Of a stretch of DNA of 64,000 nt, positions 1-9,502 are shown piece by piece; the stretch's first letter is position 1, and each line of letters starts with the position of its first letter. The DNA is taken from IMG/VR virus record IMGVR_UViG_3300037258_000590, positions 146,384 to 210,383 of that record; one strand, 5' to 3'. Below the pieces are notes generated by a model that was not told where the DNA came from, searched no databases, and saw only the letters and a program-made list of their open reading frames with translations. Position numbers and translations under genes: made by a program.

Positions 1-27
1 CCCTCCATCACCGCTATCGACGCGTAA

Positions 28-113
28 GGCGAAACGTTCCGGCCTGCCGGTTCTTCCCGCCGGCCGGAACGTCTGTGAGAGCTGACCTCCTCACACTGAC
101 GATGCCAGGTCAC
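28..113 (+). ncRNA. Type II hammerhead ribozyme, intact core (copy A)
   Basis: GGC-GAAAC; stem III GTTCCGGCC/GGCCGGAAC; GTC cleavage triplet 71-73; stem I TGTGAG/CTCACA; CTGACGA 96-102; T+GCC closes stem II; loop-I TGACCT pairs with 3' AGGTCA (pseudoknot). Confidence 0.9.
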
Positions 114-131
114 CAGAGATCAGGAGACACC

Positions 132-302
132 ATGCCGAACGCCACCAGTGACCCGCGCGCCGTCGCCCGGTTCGCGACCATGCGCCGCATCCAGGCGGCT
201 GACGCGCCGGCCCGGTACACGCGCAGCCGTCGCCTGGCGGCCATGGGGAAGGGTTACCACGGACCGCTGACCCGCGCGGAGCTAGCCCGTCGAACGGCGT
301 AA
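132..302 (+). CDS. small basic hypothetical protein
   Basis: ATG after CAGGAG SD directly downstream of hammerhead A. Confidence 0.6.
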   Translation: MPNATSDPRAVARFATMRRIQAADAPARYTRSRRLAAMGKGYHGPLTRAELARRTA

Positions 303-304
303 CA

Positions 305-395
305 GGCGAAACGTCCCACTGATCGGAGGTTACTCCGGCCAGCCGGGACGTCCGCGGGCGCTGAGCACCCCGTACCGAAGAAGATGCCGGATCAC
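305..395 (+). ncRNA. Hammerhead-family repeat, altered core (copy B)
   Basis: GGCGAAACGTCCC...GGGACGTC present, but core reads CCGAAGAAGA-TGCC and the pseudoknot is degraded. Confidence 0.6.
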
Positions 396-406
396 CGGAG
401 GTACAC

Positions 407-652
407 GTGAAAATCCAGCAAGCCCACTACGACCACATGGTCACGGAGATAAATACAGCTGTAACCAGGATCGGGCCAGATAGGGTGGCCAGCTTCAAGA
501 CGCATGTATCGCCGAAACGATACCGGTGGGACCTGCTGCGCGCCGCCAACCTCATCCCGTACGTGTGCAGCACGCTCTACCCGTACATGAAGGACGAGCA
601 CATAGACACCGCGCTGCGCCACATCGTAGCCGACCCGTCAAACAAGCTTTAG
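407..652 (+). CDS. hypothetical phage protein
   Basis: GGAGG SD, GTG start, stop abuts next repeat. Confidence 0.7.
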   Translation: MKIQQAHYDHMVTEINTAVTRIGPDRVASFKTHVSPKRYRWDLLRAANLIPYVCSTLYPYMKDEHIDTALRHIVADPSNKL

Positions 653-675
653 GCGAAACGTCCGTTCCGCGCCTA

Positions 676-752
676 GGCGAAACGTTCCGATCCTCCCACC
701 GGTCGGAACGTCTACGGGAGCTGACCTACCCGCACTGAAGATGCCAGGTCAC
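676..752 (+). ncRNA. Type II hammerhead ribozyme, intact core (copy C)
   Basis: GGCGAAAC; stem III GTTCCGATC/GGTCGGAAC; GTC 710-712; stem I TACGGG/CCCGCA (1 mismatch); CTGAAGA 735-741; TGCC; TGACCT/AGGTCA pseudoknot. Preceded by a partial duplicate TAGGCGAAACGT at 650-661. Confidence 0.85.
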
Positions 753-769
753 CAGATGAGGAGACGGCT

Positions 770-1354
770 ATGAGTGATCGTGAATGGATACCGGCGGCAG
801 ACGTCCAGGTCGGCGACCAGCTGGCCCACAAGCTGTCGAACACACCGTGGACCTACACGCCGGTTACAGGCTGGTCGGACAAGGTTCTCCACCTCGGGGG
901 CAGCCTCGGGAACGTCACGCAGCGCCGGTTCACCGTATCCGGGGCGCCGTGGTGGGTCACCTCAGATGCGGCCAGTCTCTGGCATTCGCTGGACGGGCAA
1001 GCACTGGTCCTGAACCTGGGCAAATACCCCGAGCCTGAACCAATGCCCGAGCCCGAGCCCGAGCCCGAGCCTGTCACGCGCATCGTCCTGGGCGATGACT
1101 ACTACGGGTTCCGCATGCCGGTACCGTCCGGCTTCACCGATTACCTGCTGGCCAGCACCGACGATAAATGGGCAGTCCTGGAGTCCATCGGCATCACGCG
1201 GCGCGATGACGTCTCCCCGCTGGCCGCGTGGCGCGACGCGGTAGCCGATGAGACCGGGATTCCCCGCGCGCAGCTAGACCCGGCCCAGGGCGGCGTATTC
1301 GACATCGGGTTTACGCCCGCGTACGTCCGCAAATTCGTGTTCTTCCTGGCCTGA
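770..1354 (+). CDS. hypothetical protein with (PE)n linker
   Basis: GAGGAG SD; ORF. Confidence 0.7.
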   Translation: MSDREWIPAADVQVGDQLAHKLSNTPWTYTPVTGWSDKVLHLGGSLGNVTQRRFTVSGAPWWVTSDAASLWHSLDGQALVLNLGKYPEPEPMPEPEPEPEPVTRIVLGDDYYGFRMPVPSGFTDYLLASTDDKWAVLESIGITRRDDVSPLAAWRDAVADETGIPRAQLDPAQGGVFDIGFTPAYVRKFVFFLA

Positions 1355-1461
1355 CCCGCAAAGACGTTTCCCGGCCCTTGATCCCCCGAAGCCGGCCGGG
1401 ACGGCAACCCAGGGGGGCTAACACCACCCCGCTCAGGATCATGAGACAGGAGACAGCAACC

Positions 1462-2034
1462 ATGATCAAGGTGCTAGTTCAGTCCGTCCCGGACGAAATT
1501 CCGGACGGCACGCGCTACGAAGTCGCGGCCGGCCTGCCGGGAGACATGACCGGCTGGTTCCAGATCTCACACGCGGGCCTGGTGCTGGCCACGGGCGAGC
1601 ACAACTACCACGATGACAGCGACTTCTACGCAACCGTATGGGACGGCCAGGGGCCGCGCGAGATCACCTACGCCAGCACGCGCGGGTGGACCTATGCCAA
1701 CAGTGCCACGGCAGACGCCACGCCGGAGGTACAGGCCGCCTACGGCGCGTGGCGCCAGGCCCGCGCGGGCGAGCGTCAGGCCGCAGCCACGGCAGCGGAG
1801 GCGGCCACGCCACGCGCCGGCAAGACAGTCCGGGTGGTCAGAGGCCGCAAGGTGCCCGTGGGCACTGTGGCGGAAGTCGTCTGGTACGGCGAGGGTAAGC
1901 GGTTCAGCCGCCATGCGCCAGTCCCGATGCGCGTTGGCCTGCTGACCGGCGACGAGCGCGTGTTTACTGATGCGGCCAACGTCGAAGTCGTGACGGCCGA
2001 TGAGCCAGGCCACCCGATGAGGAGACACCTGTGA
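1462..2034 (+). CDS. hypothetical phage protein
   Basis: ATG after GACAGGAG SD. Confidence 0.7.
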   Translation: MIKVLVQSVPDEIPDGTRYEVAAGLPGDMTGWFQISHAGLVLATGEHNYHDDSDFYATVWDGQGPREITYASTRGWTYANSATADATPEVQAAYGAWRQARAGERQAAATAAEAATPRAGKTVRVVRGRKVPVGTVAEVVWYGEGKRFSRHAPVPMRVGLLTGDERVFTDAANVEVVTADEPGHPMRRHL

Positions 2035-2372
2035 AAGTCATCAAAGAGATTGACCACGATCCCCGCACTGTTCGCGAGGTCCGTGTGTTCGTCCGTCAGT
2101 ACATTTTCGTTGACGGTGTATCCAGCTACGACGTCCACCTGTCCGAGCTGCGGTACCGCAGCTCAGACGGTGAGCTGACCGACTGCCTGACACTGGACGA
2201 CAGCTTTAGCCACGTGCCCGGAGACGCTGAAATAGAAGCCCTGCCGTACATCGCTCCCAGCGTACGGCGCGAGGCCCCCGGGGTGTTCTACATCCTGACC
2301 GGGCCTTACCGGAAAGGCCCGTACGCAAACCGCAGGGAGGCTAACGCGGACATCAGGGCTGGCCGCTGGTAA
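2031..2372 (+). CDS. hypothetical protein
   Basis: GTGA overlap, GAGGAG SD. Confidence 0.65.
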   Translation: MKVIKEIDHDPRTVREVRVFVRQYIFVDGVSSYDVHLSELRYRSSDGELTDCLTLDDSFSHVPGDAEIEALPYIAPSVRREAPGVFYILTGPYRKGPYANRREANADIRAGRW

Positions 2373-2396
2373 CCCCCTGCGCACTACCACTAGCCA

Positions 2397-2473
2397 GGCG
2401 AAACATTTCGATTCTCCCACTGGTCGGAACGTCCGCGAGAGCTAACCTGCCCGCGCCGATGATGCCAGGTCAC
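2397..2473 (+). ncRNA. Hammerhead-family repeat, altered core (copy D)
   Basis: GGCGAAAC...GGAACGTC; core CCGATGA-TGCC-AGGTCAC; mismatches in stems I and III. Confidence 0.65.
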
Positions 2474-2493
2474 GAGATAAGGAGACAGGTTCT

Positions 2494-2673
2494 GTGATCT
2501 ACCAGGTCGGCCGGTTCACCCGCGACCAGTTCACATCGGACGCCGCTTTCCACGCGGCGATCAGGTGCCAGATGATCAGTTGCCCCGAGCTGTACCCCGA
2601 GCTGGCAGAGGCCGCCGCCGAGACCGAGCGGCTGGCACCCAAGATCCGCAAGACCGGAAAGAAGACATCATGA
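2494..2673 (+). CDS. small hypothetical protein (59 aa, below ORF-track cutoff)
   Basis: GTG after AAGGAG SD; open to TGA 2673 overlapping the next ATG. Confidence 0.45.
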   Translation: MIYQVGRFTRDQFTSDAAFHAAIRCQMISCPELYPELAEAAAETERLAPKIRKTGKKTS

Positions 2674-2782
2674 ACCCCTACCTGGTCCGCGACGAGAACG
2701 GCGAGCCGGTCATGCGGTTGGTCGAACGTGACCGCTACGGCCGGTTCTGCCGACCTTACTACGCCTACATCTGGAAGACATC

Positions 2783-4090
2783 ATGAGCGTCAGCCTTAGC
2801 GCGGCAGCATCGGTCCGGCAGCACGCGGAGCGCCTGGAGAAGGATATCCGCAACCAGGCCAAAACCGTAGCCTACGACCTGACCATGTGCGCCCAAGCCG
2901 TGTTACGCGTGCGATCAGCCGGTCAAGTAACCCAGGAAGAAGAGAAGGCTATGGAAGCTAGCAAACTGAGCGCCGCCTACACCAGCGGCCCGCCGCACCC
3001 GCTCGCCGCCCGGCCGCGCGAGTACACCGGCCCGATGGCCCCGGACCACAAGCTGGGCGGCATCTACGCCATCATGGACCGGCACGGCATGCTGCCGGAC
3101 GGACCGGGCGGGATCGCCTGCCTGCGGTGCGCGAAGCCGCTCAACGCTGACGGCGGCCACCCCGCTGAGCTGTACGCCGGGACATACAACGGCCTGTGCT
3201 ACCCGTGCACCTCGGCGCCGGCATTCGTGGCCCGCACGGCCGTCCTGGACGGCGCCCGGGAGGTGTCCTGGCCGCCGCACTGCCCGTCGTGGCGCCGGGA
3301 CCGCGAGAAGCACATTGCCTATGAAGGCTGCCCGGCCTGCGACGGCCTAGGCATCACCCTGGGCACCCGGACCTACAGCAGCGGCGGCCGGTCATGCGAG
3401 CCGTGCCGGACCCGGTTCTGCGGCCACCCGGTACGCGCGGCGGCCAGCCGGTGGAACGAGCAGGCCATGCGGTCTTGCCAGGCCGCCTTCGACCAGGCCA
3501 TCGACCAGGCCGCGGGCGTGCCAGCACGATGCACCAGGAAACGTCGCACCGAGCTGCGTGAGGCGTTCATCGGCCTCGCCGGGAACGGCCGCTCGCCGGA
3601 ATGCGAAGCGCTGCGCCTGGCTCACCTGGCTGGCTACTGGCGCATCCGCGCGCTTATCCGCGCGCACTTCGAGGCGCGAGGCTGGAACCAGTGGTCAGAT
3701 ACCAGCAACGATGAGGCGTGGGCCAGGGCGTACTGCACCTGGCGCGGACTGGATTATGACGCGCTGGCCGCCGGCGAGCCCCAGCCCGGACCGCCTGAGC
3801 CCCAGCCCGAACCGCCTGGGCCGGAAAACCCGCAAGCCGGGCGGATCGCCGTGCTACGGGCCCTGACCTTCGAGCGGGCCGAGGAGTGGTGGCGTACCGG
3901 CCGGATCAGTACCGACGAGTGGGAGGCGTTCGGTTACGCCTGGCGGCGCGGCGCCGTCCGCTTCTCCGGCGTCGGCGCCGGTTTCGAGCACCCCGTCTCG
4001 CAAAAGGTGCGCGAGCTGGGCAACGCCATCATGGGCGGCAATGCACCAGGCACCTGCCCGTGCCCGGCGGGCGAGAACTGCACCCTGTGA
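2783..4090 (+). CDS. hypothetical protein with multiple CxxC pairs (likely Zn-binding)
   Basis: CLRC, CYPC, CPAC, CEPC motifs; ATGA overlap. Confidence 0.65.
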   Translation: MSVSLSAAASVRQHAERLEKDIRNQAKTVAYDLTMCAQAVLRVRSAGQVTQEEEKAMEASKLSAAYTSGPPHPLAARPREYTGPMAPDHKLGGIYAIMDRHGMLPDGPGGIACLRCAKPLNADGGHPAELYAGTYNGLCYPCTSAPAFVARTAVLDGAREVSWPPHCPSWRRDREKHIAYEGCPACDGLGITLGTRTYSSGGRSCEPCRTRFCGHPVRAAASRWNEQAMRSCQAAFDQAIDQAAGVPARCTRKRRTELREAFIGLAGNGRSPECEALRLAHLAGYWRIRALIRAHFEARGWNQWSDTSNDEAWARAYCTWRGLDYDALAAGEPQPGPPEPQPEPPGPENPQAGRIAVLRALTFERAEEWWRTGRISTDEWEAFGYAWRRGAVRFSGVGAGFEHPVSQKVRELGNAIMGGNAPGTCPCPAGENCTL

Positions 4091-4726
4091 AGCGACCCAG
4101 CATCACCCCGTAACTACCGAAAGGCCCTGAAATGTCTGACCGGTCTGAGCTGGCTACTCCATCCGGGTACGCCGGCGTTGAATACACGGACGGTAAGGTG
4201 CACGCCATCGACCTGGACACGCTGCACGGTGAGACGCCGGCGTACCCGCGCGGGATGCCGTTGTGGCGCGAACCCGTGGTGTGCGGGGCCGCTAGTGGCG
4301 TGTCCAGCGATGAGGGCGGTCCTGCCGCGTTGCACCGCAAGACGCTCACCTGCTGGATGTGCGTCTCCATCCTGGCCTGAGATCTTCCCACTGGTCGGAG
4401 CTTCCGGCCGGGCTGCTTACGACAGGAAAACCACATGACTGAATTCATCAGCGGCTACCGGGACCGCGCGGGCATTGACTCACGCGCCAATTCCGCGCTA
4501 CTGCGCATTGCCGCGATCAGCGCGGACGTGTACGTGCCGGCCGCCGTGCGTCTCGCGCAGGTCGCGCAGGTCATGGCGGGCGAGCCGATCCTCACGGACC
4601 CGTGCCCGGCCGCACGCACCGTACGCGCGGAGCTTGCCGGCCGCACCGCTCTGCAAGACAGAGGGCTGACCTCATGAAACTACACGCGGTAATCGAGCAG
4701 CCGTCACTGACCGTGGAACAGCAACA

Positions 4727-5206
4727 ATGACAGGAGATCCCGTGAACCAGCCCGTACCTCCGCGCAAGCGGACCCTTTCCGACCTGGAGATCAACCGGTA
4801 CGCCATGTTCCTGCCGTACCTGCCAGCCGAGGAAAACAACGACGCGGAAGCGATGCCGTGCATCGTGCTGGGCAGCGACGAGGACGGCAACGGCGGCGTG
4901 CAGGTGTACGCCTACTCCGAGAACGGCGTAGTCCGGATCAGCGTGCACACCTACTCAGCCGGACCAGACGAGAACGGGGACGGCCCGTGGGCTTACTACG
5001 ACCAGGGGCATGAGCGCGTGATCCCGGTCGTCATCGACGTCTACGACGCAGTGCCTGTAGGGCAGGCGACAGCTGAGGTGAACCCGCTCGGGCAGCCGCT
5101 CTGGGTGCCGTCAGCCGGGCTGGCCTACGCGGGCGTGCCACTGGACCAGATCCCGGACGACGGCCAGCGTGCCGCCGTGGCGCGTCACCGCGAGGCGGAC
5201 CTGTGA
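4727..5206 (+). CDS. acidic hypothetical protein
   Basis: ORF in co-oriented array. Confidence 0.6.
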   Translation: MTGDPVNQPVPPRKRTLSDLEINRYAMFLPYLPAEENNDAEAMPCIVLGSDEDGNGGVQVYAYSENGVVRISVHTYSAGPDENGDGPWAYYDQGHERVIPVVIDVYDAVPVGQATAEVNPLGQPLWVPSAGLAYAGVPLDQIPDDGQRAAVARHREADL

Positions 5207-5396
5207 GCGGCAGGGACAAGCTCAACGCCCAACCGGACGAGGACCCGGCACTGAACACGCGTATCGCAGAGCTGGAAGCCGAACAGCAGGCCGCGATCAC
5301 GGCTGGCACGATCAGCGCATGGGAGCGGACGCCGGCATGCGCAGAACTGGACCGGCTGCGCGACGAGCGCGGCTACCGGCCGGGTACTGCCGGATA

Positions 5397-5482
5397 GGCG
5401 AAACGTCCAGCCGGCAGGAAACTTCCGGCTCGCAGGAACATCCATGAGAGCTGACCGTCTCACGGAGATGATGCCAGGTCAC
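5397..5482 (+). ncRNA. Hammerhead-family repeat, probably inactive (copy E)
   Basis: GGCGAAAC; stem I CATGAG/CTCACG; loop AGCTGACC; core GAGATGA instead of CTGATGA; TGCCAGGTCAC; then GACAGGAG. Confidence 0.65.
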
Positions 5483-5498
5483 CACGACAGGAGCTGAC

Positions 5499-6053
5499 AT
5501 GAGACTGCACACGAACCTGACCGCAGACAATATCCGGACATGCCTGGACCAGGCCAAGGCAGGCGACATACCCAGTGACATCGTGTTCGACGTATTCGGT
5601 GAAACCGGTTCCAGGTCGCATCCGCACGGCTTCGAGGTCCACCTGGCCAGCACGCAGAAGAACACGCGCGATGATGGCGTGACCCGTAGGACCAACCCCA
5701 TGGCCAGGCACGACGGCCCGCGCTACGCCGCGAGCTACGACGAATGGGGCTGGTTCCTAGCCGAGCTGTTCGCGGCAGACCGGGCCGCCAAAGCAGGCCC
5801 GTACAAGAACGAAGACGATTTCCACGTCAAGACCAGGCACGCCTATACGCCCATGGGCAGGGCCCAGCTGCCGCCGGACCACGCGGGCGACCTGGAGCCG
5901 GCCCGCGCCGAGCCGGACACCGAGCCGGTCAGCGACGCGAGGCTGCCCGTCATCGAGCGGATCGATGCCGTACTGGCCGATTACCCGCCTGACCCGGTTG
6001 TGTTCGGATCCAGCCCAGCACACCTCTCGTTGCGTCCGCGGATGCCGGTATGA
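5499..6053 (+). CDS. hypothetical phage protein
   Basis: GACAGGAG SD + ATG. Confidence 0.7.
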   Translation: MRLHTNLTADNIRTCLDQAKAGDIPSDIVFDVFGETGSRSHPHGFEVHLASTQKNTRDDGVTRRTNPMARHDGPRYAASYDEWGWFLAELFAADRAAKAGPYKNEDDFHVKTRHAYTPMGRAQLPPDHAGDLEPARAEPDTEPVSDARLPVIERIDAVLADYPPDPVVFGSSPAHLSLRPRMPV

Positions 6054-6511
6054 GATTACGGTCAGCCCGCGACAAAAGCACAGCAGTGAAAAAGGAAGAG
6101 ACGATCATGGTGATGAACATCCAGGAAGAGGCAGCCAGTCTCAACGATGAACAGCTCGGGCGAGAGGTTGGCGCTATGGCGCTAGCTCGCGCCCTGGATA
6201 CGCGAAAGGGATCGCGCGAGCGGGCGTTCCTTGACGAGATCCACCAGCGGCATCCCGAGCTGTGCCGGTGTCCGGCCCGGGAGCGGTCTCACTGGCTACA
6301 CCAGCGGGTTAACGACCCGTACGGCACCAGCAACCGTCACCCGTTCTGGGAGACGGTCAGCTTCGAGCAGGTAGGCCCGTGGCGCATCTTCAAGCGGGAT
6401 GCCGCCTGGTACGGCTACGAGACCCGGCAGAACGCGTGGACGACCGCCCGGCCATCCCGCGATGACATCATCAAGCATGCCGCCGGGCCGCACGTTGATA
6501 TCTGGGCCTGA
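6050..6511 (+). CDS. hypothetical protein
   Basis: ORF in array; true start may be downstream. Confidence 0.55.
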   Translation: MRLRSARDKSTAVKKEETIMVMNIQEEAASLNDEQLGREVGAMALARALDTRKGSRERAFLDEIHQRHPELCRCPARERSHWLHQRVNDPYGTSNRHPFWETVSFEQVGPWRIFKRDAAWYGYETRQNAWTTARPSRDDIIKHAAGPHVDIWA

Positions 6512-6608
6512 CCGCTGACCGACAGGCCGCGCAAGCGCGCCGCGGCGCTAGCGCAACGTTCTAACCGGTCGGAGCTTTTCCGGCCGCTCAACGACAGGAG
6601 ACTGATGC

Positions 6609-7178
6609 GTGATGAAGACCGTGCAGACCGTACCTGATGCGCTGGCCAGCGTGAACGCAGCTCAAAGCGCACCCGTGCAATTCGAGCCAGGGCCTCTCCA
6701 TACACTGGTCGCACTGCGTCACATAGCCCGTGAGCTGACCGCGCTGCGTGACCTGGCCGCAGCGGTGCGAGCCGCGCTGGCCGTACCGTCTGACGCAGAT
6801 GAGCTGGCCGACGCGGCGGACCGGGAAGCACGCAGCATGGCCCCGCCCGTACCCGGTGTTACCCGCGTGGGCGGCTACGTGGTCCGGGCACTCATCACGA
6901 CCCCCGGCCGGAACACCGCATGGTTCGTCGCGGCCGAAGGTGACAGCGAGCACAGCACCGGACGCTGGTCCACCTGGCGGGCCGAGCAGGATTCCACCGG
7001 GCACCTGCTGTTCAGCTGCGCCCGGTTCTTTAACGTCCGGGCGGGGCTGACCGCGGCGGATATCCAGGCTGACTTGCACAATGAGCCTGAAACCTGGCGC
7101 CCCGACAGGCCGCACAACCGCACCGCGGCGCTAGCCAGCCTGGCCGGACGAGCGGGCATCACGCCGGCCGCGGAATAG
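6609..7178 (+). CDS. hypothetical protein, paralogous to C-terminus of 12734..13903
   Basis: GACAGGAG SD; shared ELA..A...AR.MAPPVP.VTR..GY.VRA block. Confidence 0.7.
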   Translation: MMKTVQTVPDALASVNAAQSAPVQFEPGPLHTLVALRHIARELTALRDLAAAVRAALAVPSDADELADAADREARSMAPPVPGVTRVGGYVVRALITTPGRNTAWFVAAEGDSEHSTGRWSTWRAEQDSTGHLLFSCARFFNVRAGLTAADIQADLHNEPETWRPDRPHNRTAALASLAGRAGITPAAE

Positions 7179-7239
7179 GCGAAACGCCCCCGCCAGCCGG
7201 GGTTTTTCCGGCCGCGCTATGACAGGAGAACAGCACACC

Positions 7240-7626
7240 ATGGACGAAACCCCTGGCCGAACCGAGGTGTTCCGCGTCCCGGACAACACGCCGGCTCCAG
7301 ACCAGGCGTTCTACACAATCACCCCCGAAGATGCCGGCCAGCACGAAATCCGCACCACCGCCGGGGTTATCGAAGTCCCCGATGGCATCTCTCCCGCCCG
7401 GACGGGACCTTTCCAGCTCGCAGACGCCGGAACGCGCCTGTACGGCATGGCGAGCCAAGCCTGGCCCGGCACGGGCTGGTACTGGACGACCACGCCTCAT
7501 GAAACCTGCGCAGTATGCGGAAGCCAGCTAGACCATACCGGCATCCGCGGACGCAACGATGAGTTCGTGCACCTGGATGACGACCACGAGGATCACGCCC
7601 CGGTCCGGCTCCGTTCTGAGCAGTAG
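7240..7626 (+). CDS. hypothetical protein
   Basis: GACAGGAG SD + ATG, after truncated repeat 7178-7228. Confidence 0.65.
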   Translation: MDETPGRTEVFRVPDNTPAPDQAFYTITPEDAGQHEIRTTAGVIEVPDGISPARTGPFQLADAGTRLYGMASQAWPGTGWYWTTTPHETCAVCGSQLDHTGIRGRNDEFVHLDDDHEDHAPVRLRSEQ

Positions 7627-7681
7627 TCACAGTAACCGCTGAATACTGCGGCCGGATACGGACGTAGACGACCAGACGATA

Positions 7682-7767
7682 GGCGAAACGTTCTGGCCAG
7701 CCGGAAATTTCCGCGTGGCCAGAACGTCCGCGGGGGCTGACCTCCTCGCGCTGATGATGTCAGGTCA
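7682..7767 (+). ncRNA. Type II hammerhead ribozyme, intact core (copy F)
   Basis: GGCGAAAC; stem III GTTCTGGCCA/TGGCCAGAAC; GTC 7726-7728; stem I CGCGGG/CTCGCG; CTGATGA 7751-7757; T-GTC; TGACCT/AGGTCA pseudoknot. Confidence 0.92.
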
Positions 7768-7784
7768 TAGAACAGGAGCTGATC

Positions 7785-7973
7785 ATGTCGACTAAGCACA
7801 ACACCCGGCATCCGGACCGGAACGCCAGCCGGTATCCGGCGCGACTGCACCAGCGCGGCCTTTCCAAGACTCCGCCGATGGCGTCAGCTGAGAGCCTGCG
7901 TACCGTGCAGGAGCGCCGGGCCAGGGAGACGGGCTCGCCGTGGGCACCGGCTCAGGCGGCCGAAGCCAGCTGA
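7785..7973 (+). CDS. small basic hypothetical protein flanked by two intact hammerheads
   Basis: AACAGGAG SD + ATG. Confidence 0.65.
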   Translation: MSTKHNTRHPDRNASRYPARLHQRGLSKTPPMASAESLRTVQERRARETGSPWAPAQAAEAS

Positions 7974-7983
7974 CAGTCCATCA

Positions 7984-8071
7984 GGCGAAACGTTCTGACC
8001 AGCCGGAGATTTTCCGCGTGGCCAGGACGTCCGCGGAGGCTGACCGCCTCGCGCTGATGATGCCAGGTCAC
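7984..8071 (+). ncRNA. Type II hammerhead ribozyme, intact core (copy G)
   Basis: GGCGAAAC; stem III GTTCTGACCA/TGGCCAGGAC; GTC 8029-8031; stem I CGCG(G)AGGC/GCCTCGCG; CTGATGA 8054-8060; TGCC; loop TGACC/GGTCA pseudoknot. Confidence 0.9.
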
Positions 8072-8088
8072 GAACAGGAGCGCAGATC

Positions 8089-8304
8089 ATGCTGAAGGCA
8101 TTCCGCCAGGACGGCACCGAAGTCCGGCCGGGCGACATCATAACCGATTTTCGCAGTGAGACGGCGACCTTCGAGCGTGCTACCCGCGCGCCGCACGGCC
8201 ACCGGACGGGCAGAATCCAGGTGGATGGCCCGCACGGGAGCGAGTTCTACATGACGGTGTTCAACCTAGACGTCCGCGAGGTGCCGGACGCAAACCCCGC
8301 CTGA
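8089..8304 (+). CDS. small hypothetical phage protein
   Basis: AACAGGAG SD + ATG. Confidence 0.7.
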   Translation: MLKAFRQDGTEVRPGDIITDFRSETATFERATRAPHGHRTGRIQVDGPHGSEFYMTVFNLDVREVPDANPA

Positions 8305-8677
8305 CGTCGTGGCGCAGCAGCAACAGGTGAGCAAGCGCGCCGCCGCACGGCAGGCTACATCGCGGCGCCGTGACAATACGGCTGAGCCGGAGCCGGCTGA
8401 CTGGCGCCCGCCCTGGTACATACCGCCCGCCCGGCGGGCAGCACGGAGGAAACGATCATGACAGACGCCGCTAACCAGCGCACTCGCTACGCGCTGATCG
8501 CCATTGAGGTACGCGTGCCTGTGGACCTGCGCCACGACCCGCACGTAGCCAGCGAGATCGCGCTGGCCGCGCAGGAGTACGCCAACGAGACTTACGGCCG
8601 TGACTATGACGGCAGCGAACCTGAGCCGGTCAGCGCTCCAGCAGGCCGGGCCGACGAACAACACAGAGGAAACGCCC

Positions 8678-9133
8678 GTGACTGACAAGAATACCGCTGG
8701 CACGCCTAAGCTTCCTGGCGGCCTGGACGCCCGCGTGCGCCTGGTCAGCCAGCAGCGTGCCGGCATGGGCGGTTACGCCACGCTGAGCCTGTACGGCACG
8801 GCTGCCGCACCGCAGCTGTACGCGGACACCCCGGATACGTTCAGCGGAGTCAGCGTGGCGCCGGATCCGGCTGACCTGATCCGGTTCGCCCGCGGACTGC
8901 TGGCTTTCCTGGGCGAGAACTACGGTGTGCAGCTGCCGCCGTGGCGCCCGGCCAGCAACGGCGCAGGCAAGCGGCACTGGTTCCTGACCCGGTACAGCGG
9001 TCACGATGATCAGAGCGTGCCGCTGGCTGACCGCTACCACTTCGGAGGCGGCGGCCAGCTGGTGCGCTATGCCACCTGCGAGTCGGCGCAACGCGCGGCC
9101 AGCAAGCTAAACGCCGCCGAGGTGACGCCATGA
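8678..9133 (+). CDS. hypothetical protein
   Basis: GAGGA SD + GTG. Confidence 0.6.
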   Translation: MTDKNTAGTPKLPGGLDARVRLVSQQRAGMGGYATLSLYGTAAAPQLYADTPDTFSGVSVAPDPADLIRFARGLLAFLGENYGVQLPPWRPASNGAGKRHWFLTRYSGHDDQSVPLADRYHFGGGGQLVRYATCESAQRAASKLNAAEVTP

Positions 9134-9468
9134 GCTGGACACCAGAGCAGCTGCGTGCGCTAAACGACGAGCGCGCACGCAAGCAGGCCATGCGGGACAC
9201 CGGGGTTGACCCGGCTGAACGCGAAGCGGAGGACGTGCCCCCCGGTTCGCTTGAATGGCACCCGAGCACGGCGTTTCCCGAGCACCAGCAGCGCGATCTG
9301 CACGATTCCCCGTACTGGGCTGAGGTAAGCCCAGACGGGTCGTGGGGCATCTTGTCTCCAGACCAGGACGGCGACGTTACTTCTGGCCGCGCAGCCGATA
9401 TGACCACAGCTAAGCACGCTGTGGCGAACTGGGAAACCGCTCACCAGCAGGCCGCCGGATCCAGCTGA
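9130..9468 (+). CDS. hypothetical protein
   Basis: ATGA overlap, GAGGTG SD. Confidence 0.6.
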   Translation: MSWTPEQLRALNDERARKQAMRDTGVDPAEREAEDVPPGSLEWHPSTAFPEHQQRDLHDSPYWAEVSPDGSWGILSPDQDGDVTSGRAADMTTAKHAVANWETAHQQAAGSS

Positions 9469-9502
9469 CCGCACTATCCACCCCTTACGGCAGGAGCCGA
9501 TT

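Noticed and set aside
75-131. ORF-track starts upstream of the SD (e.g. 75, 1378, 12476, 50142, 52867, 60590)
   Set aside because: They run through ribozymes or upstream genes; downstream starts with an SD or ATGA overlap fit better
7625-7680. Possible second ribozyme class (twister or pistol) upstream of copy F and at 8305-8445
   Set aside because: I could not map the required conserved residues or pseudoknots by eye
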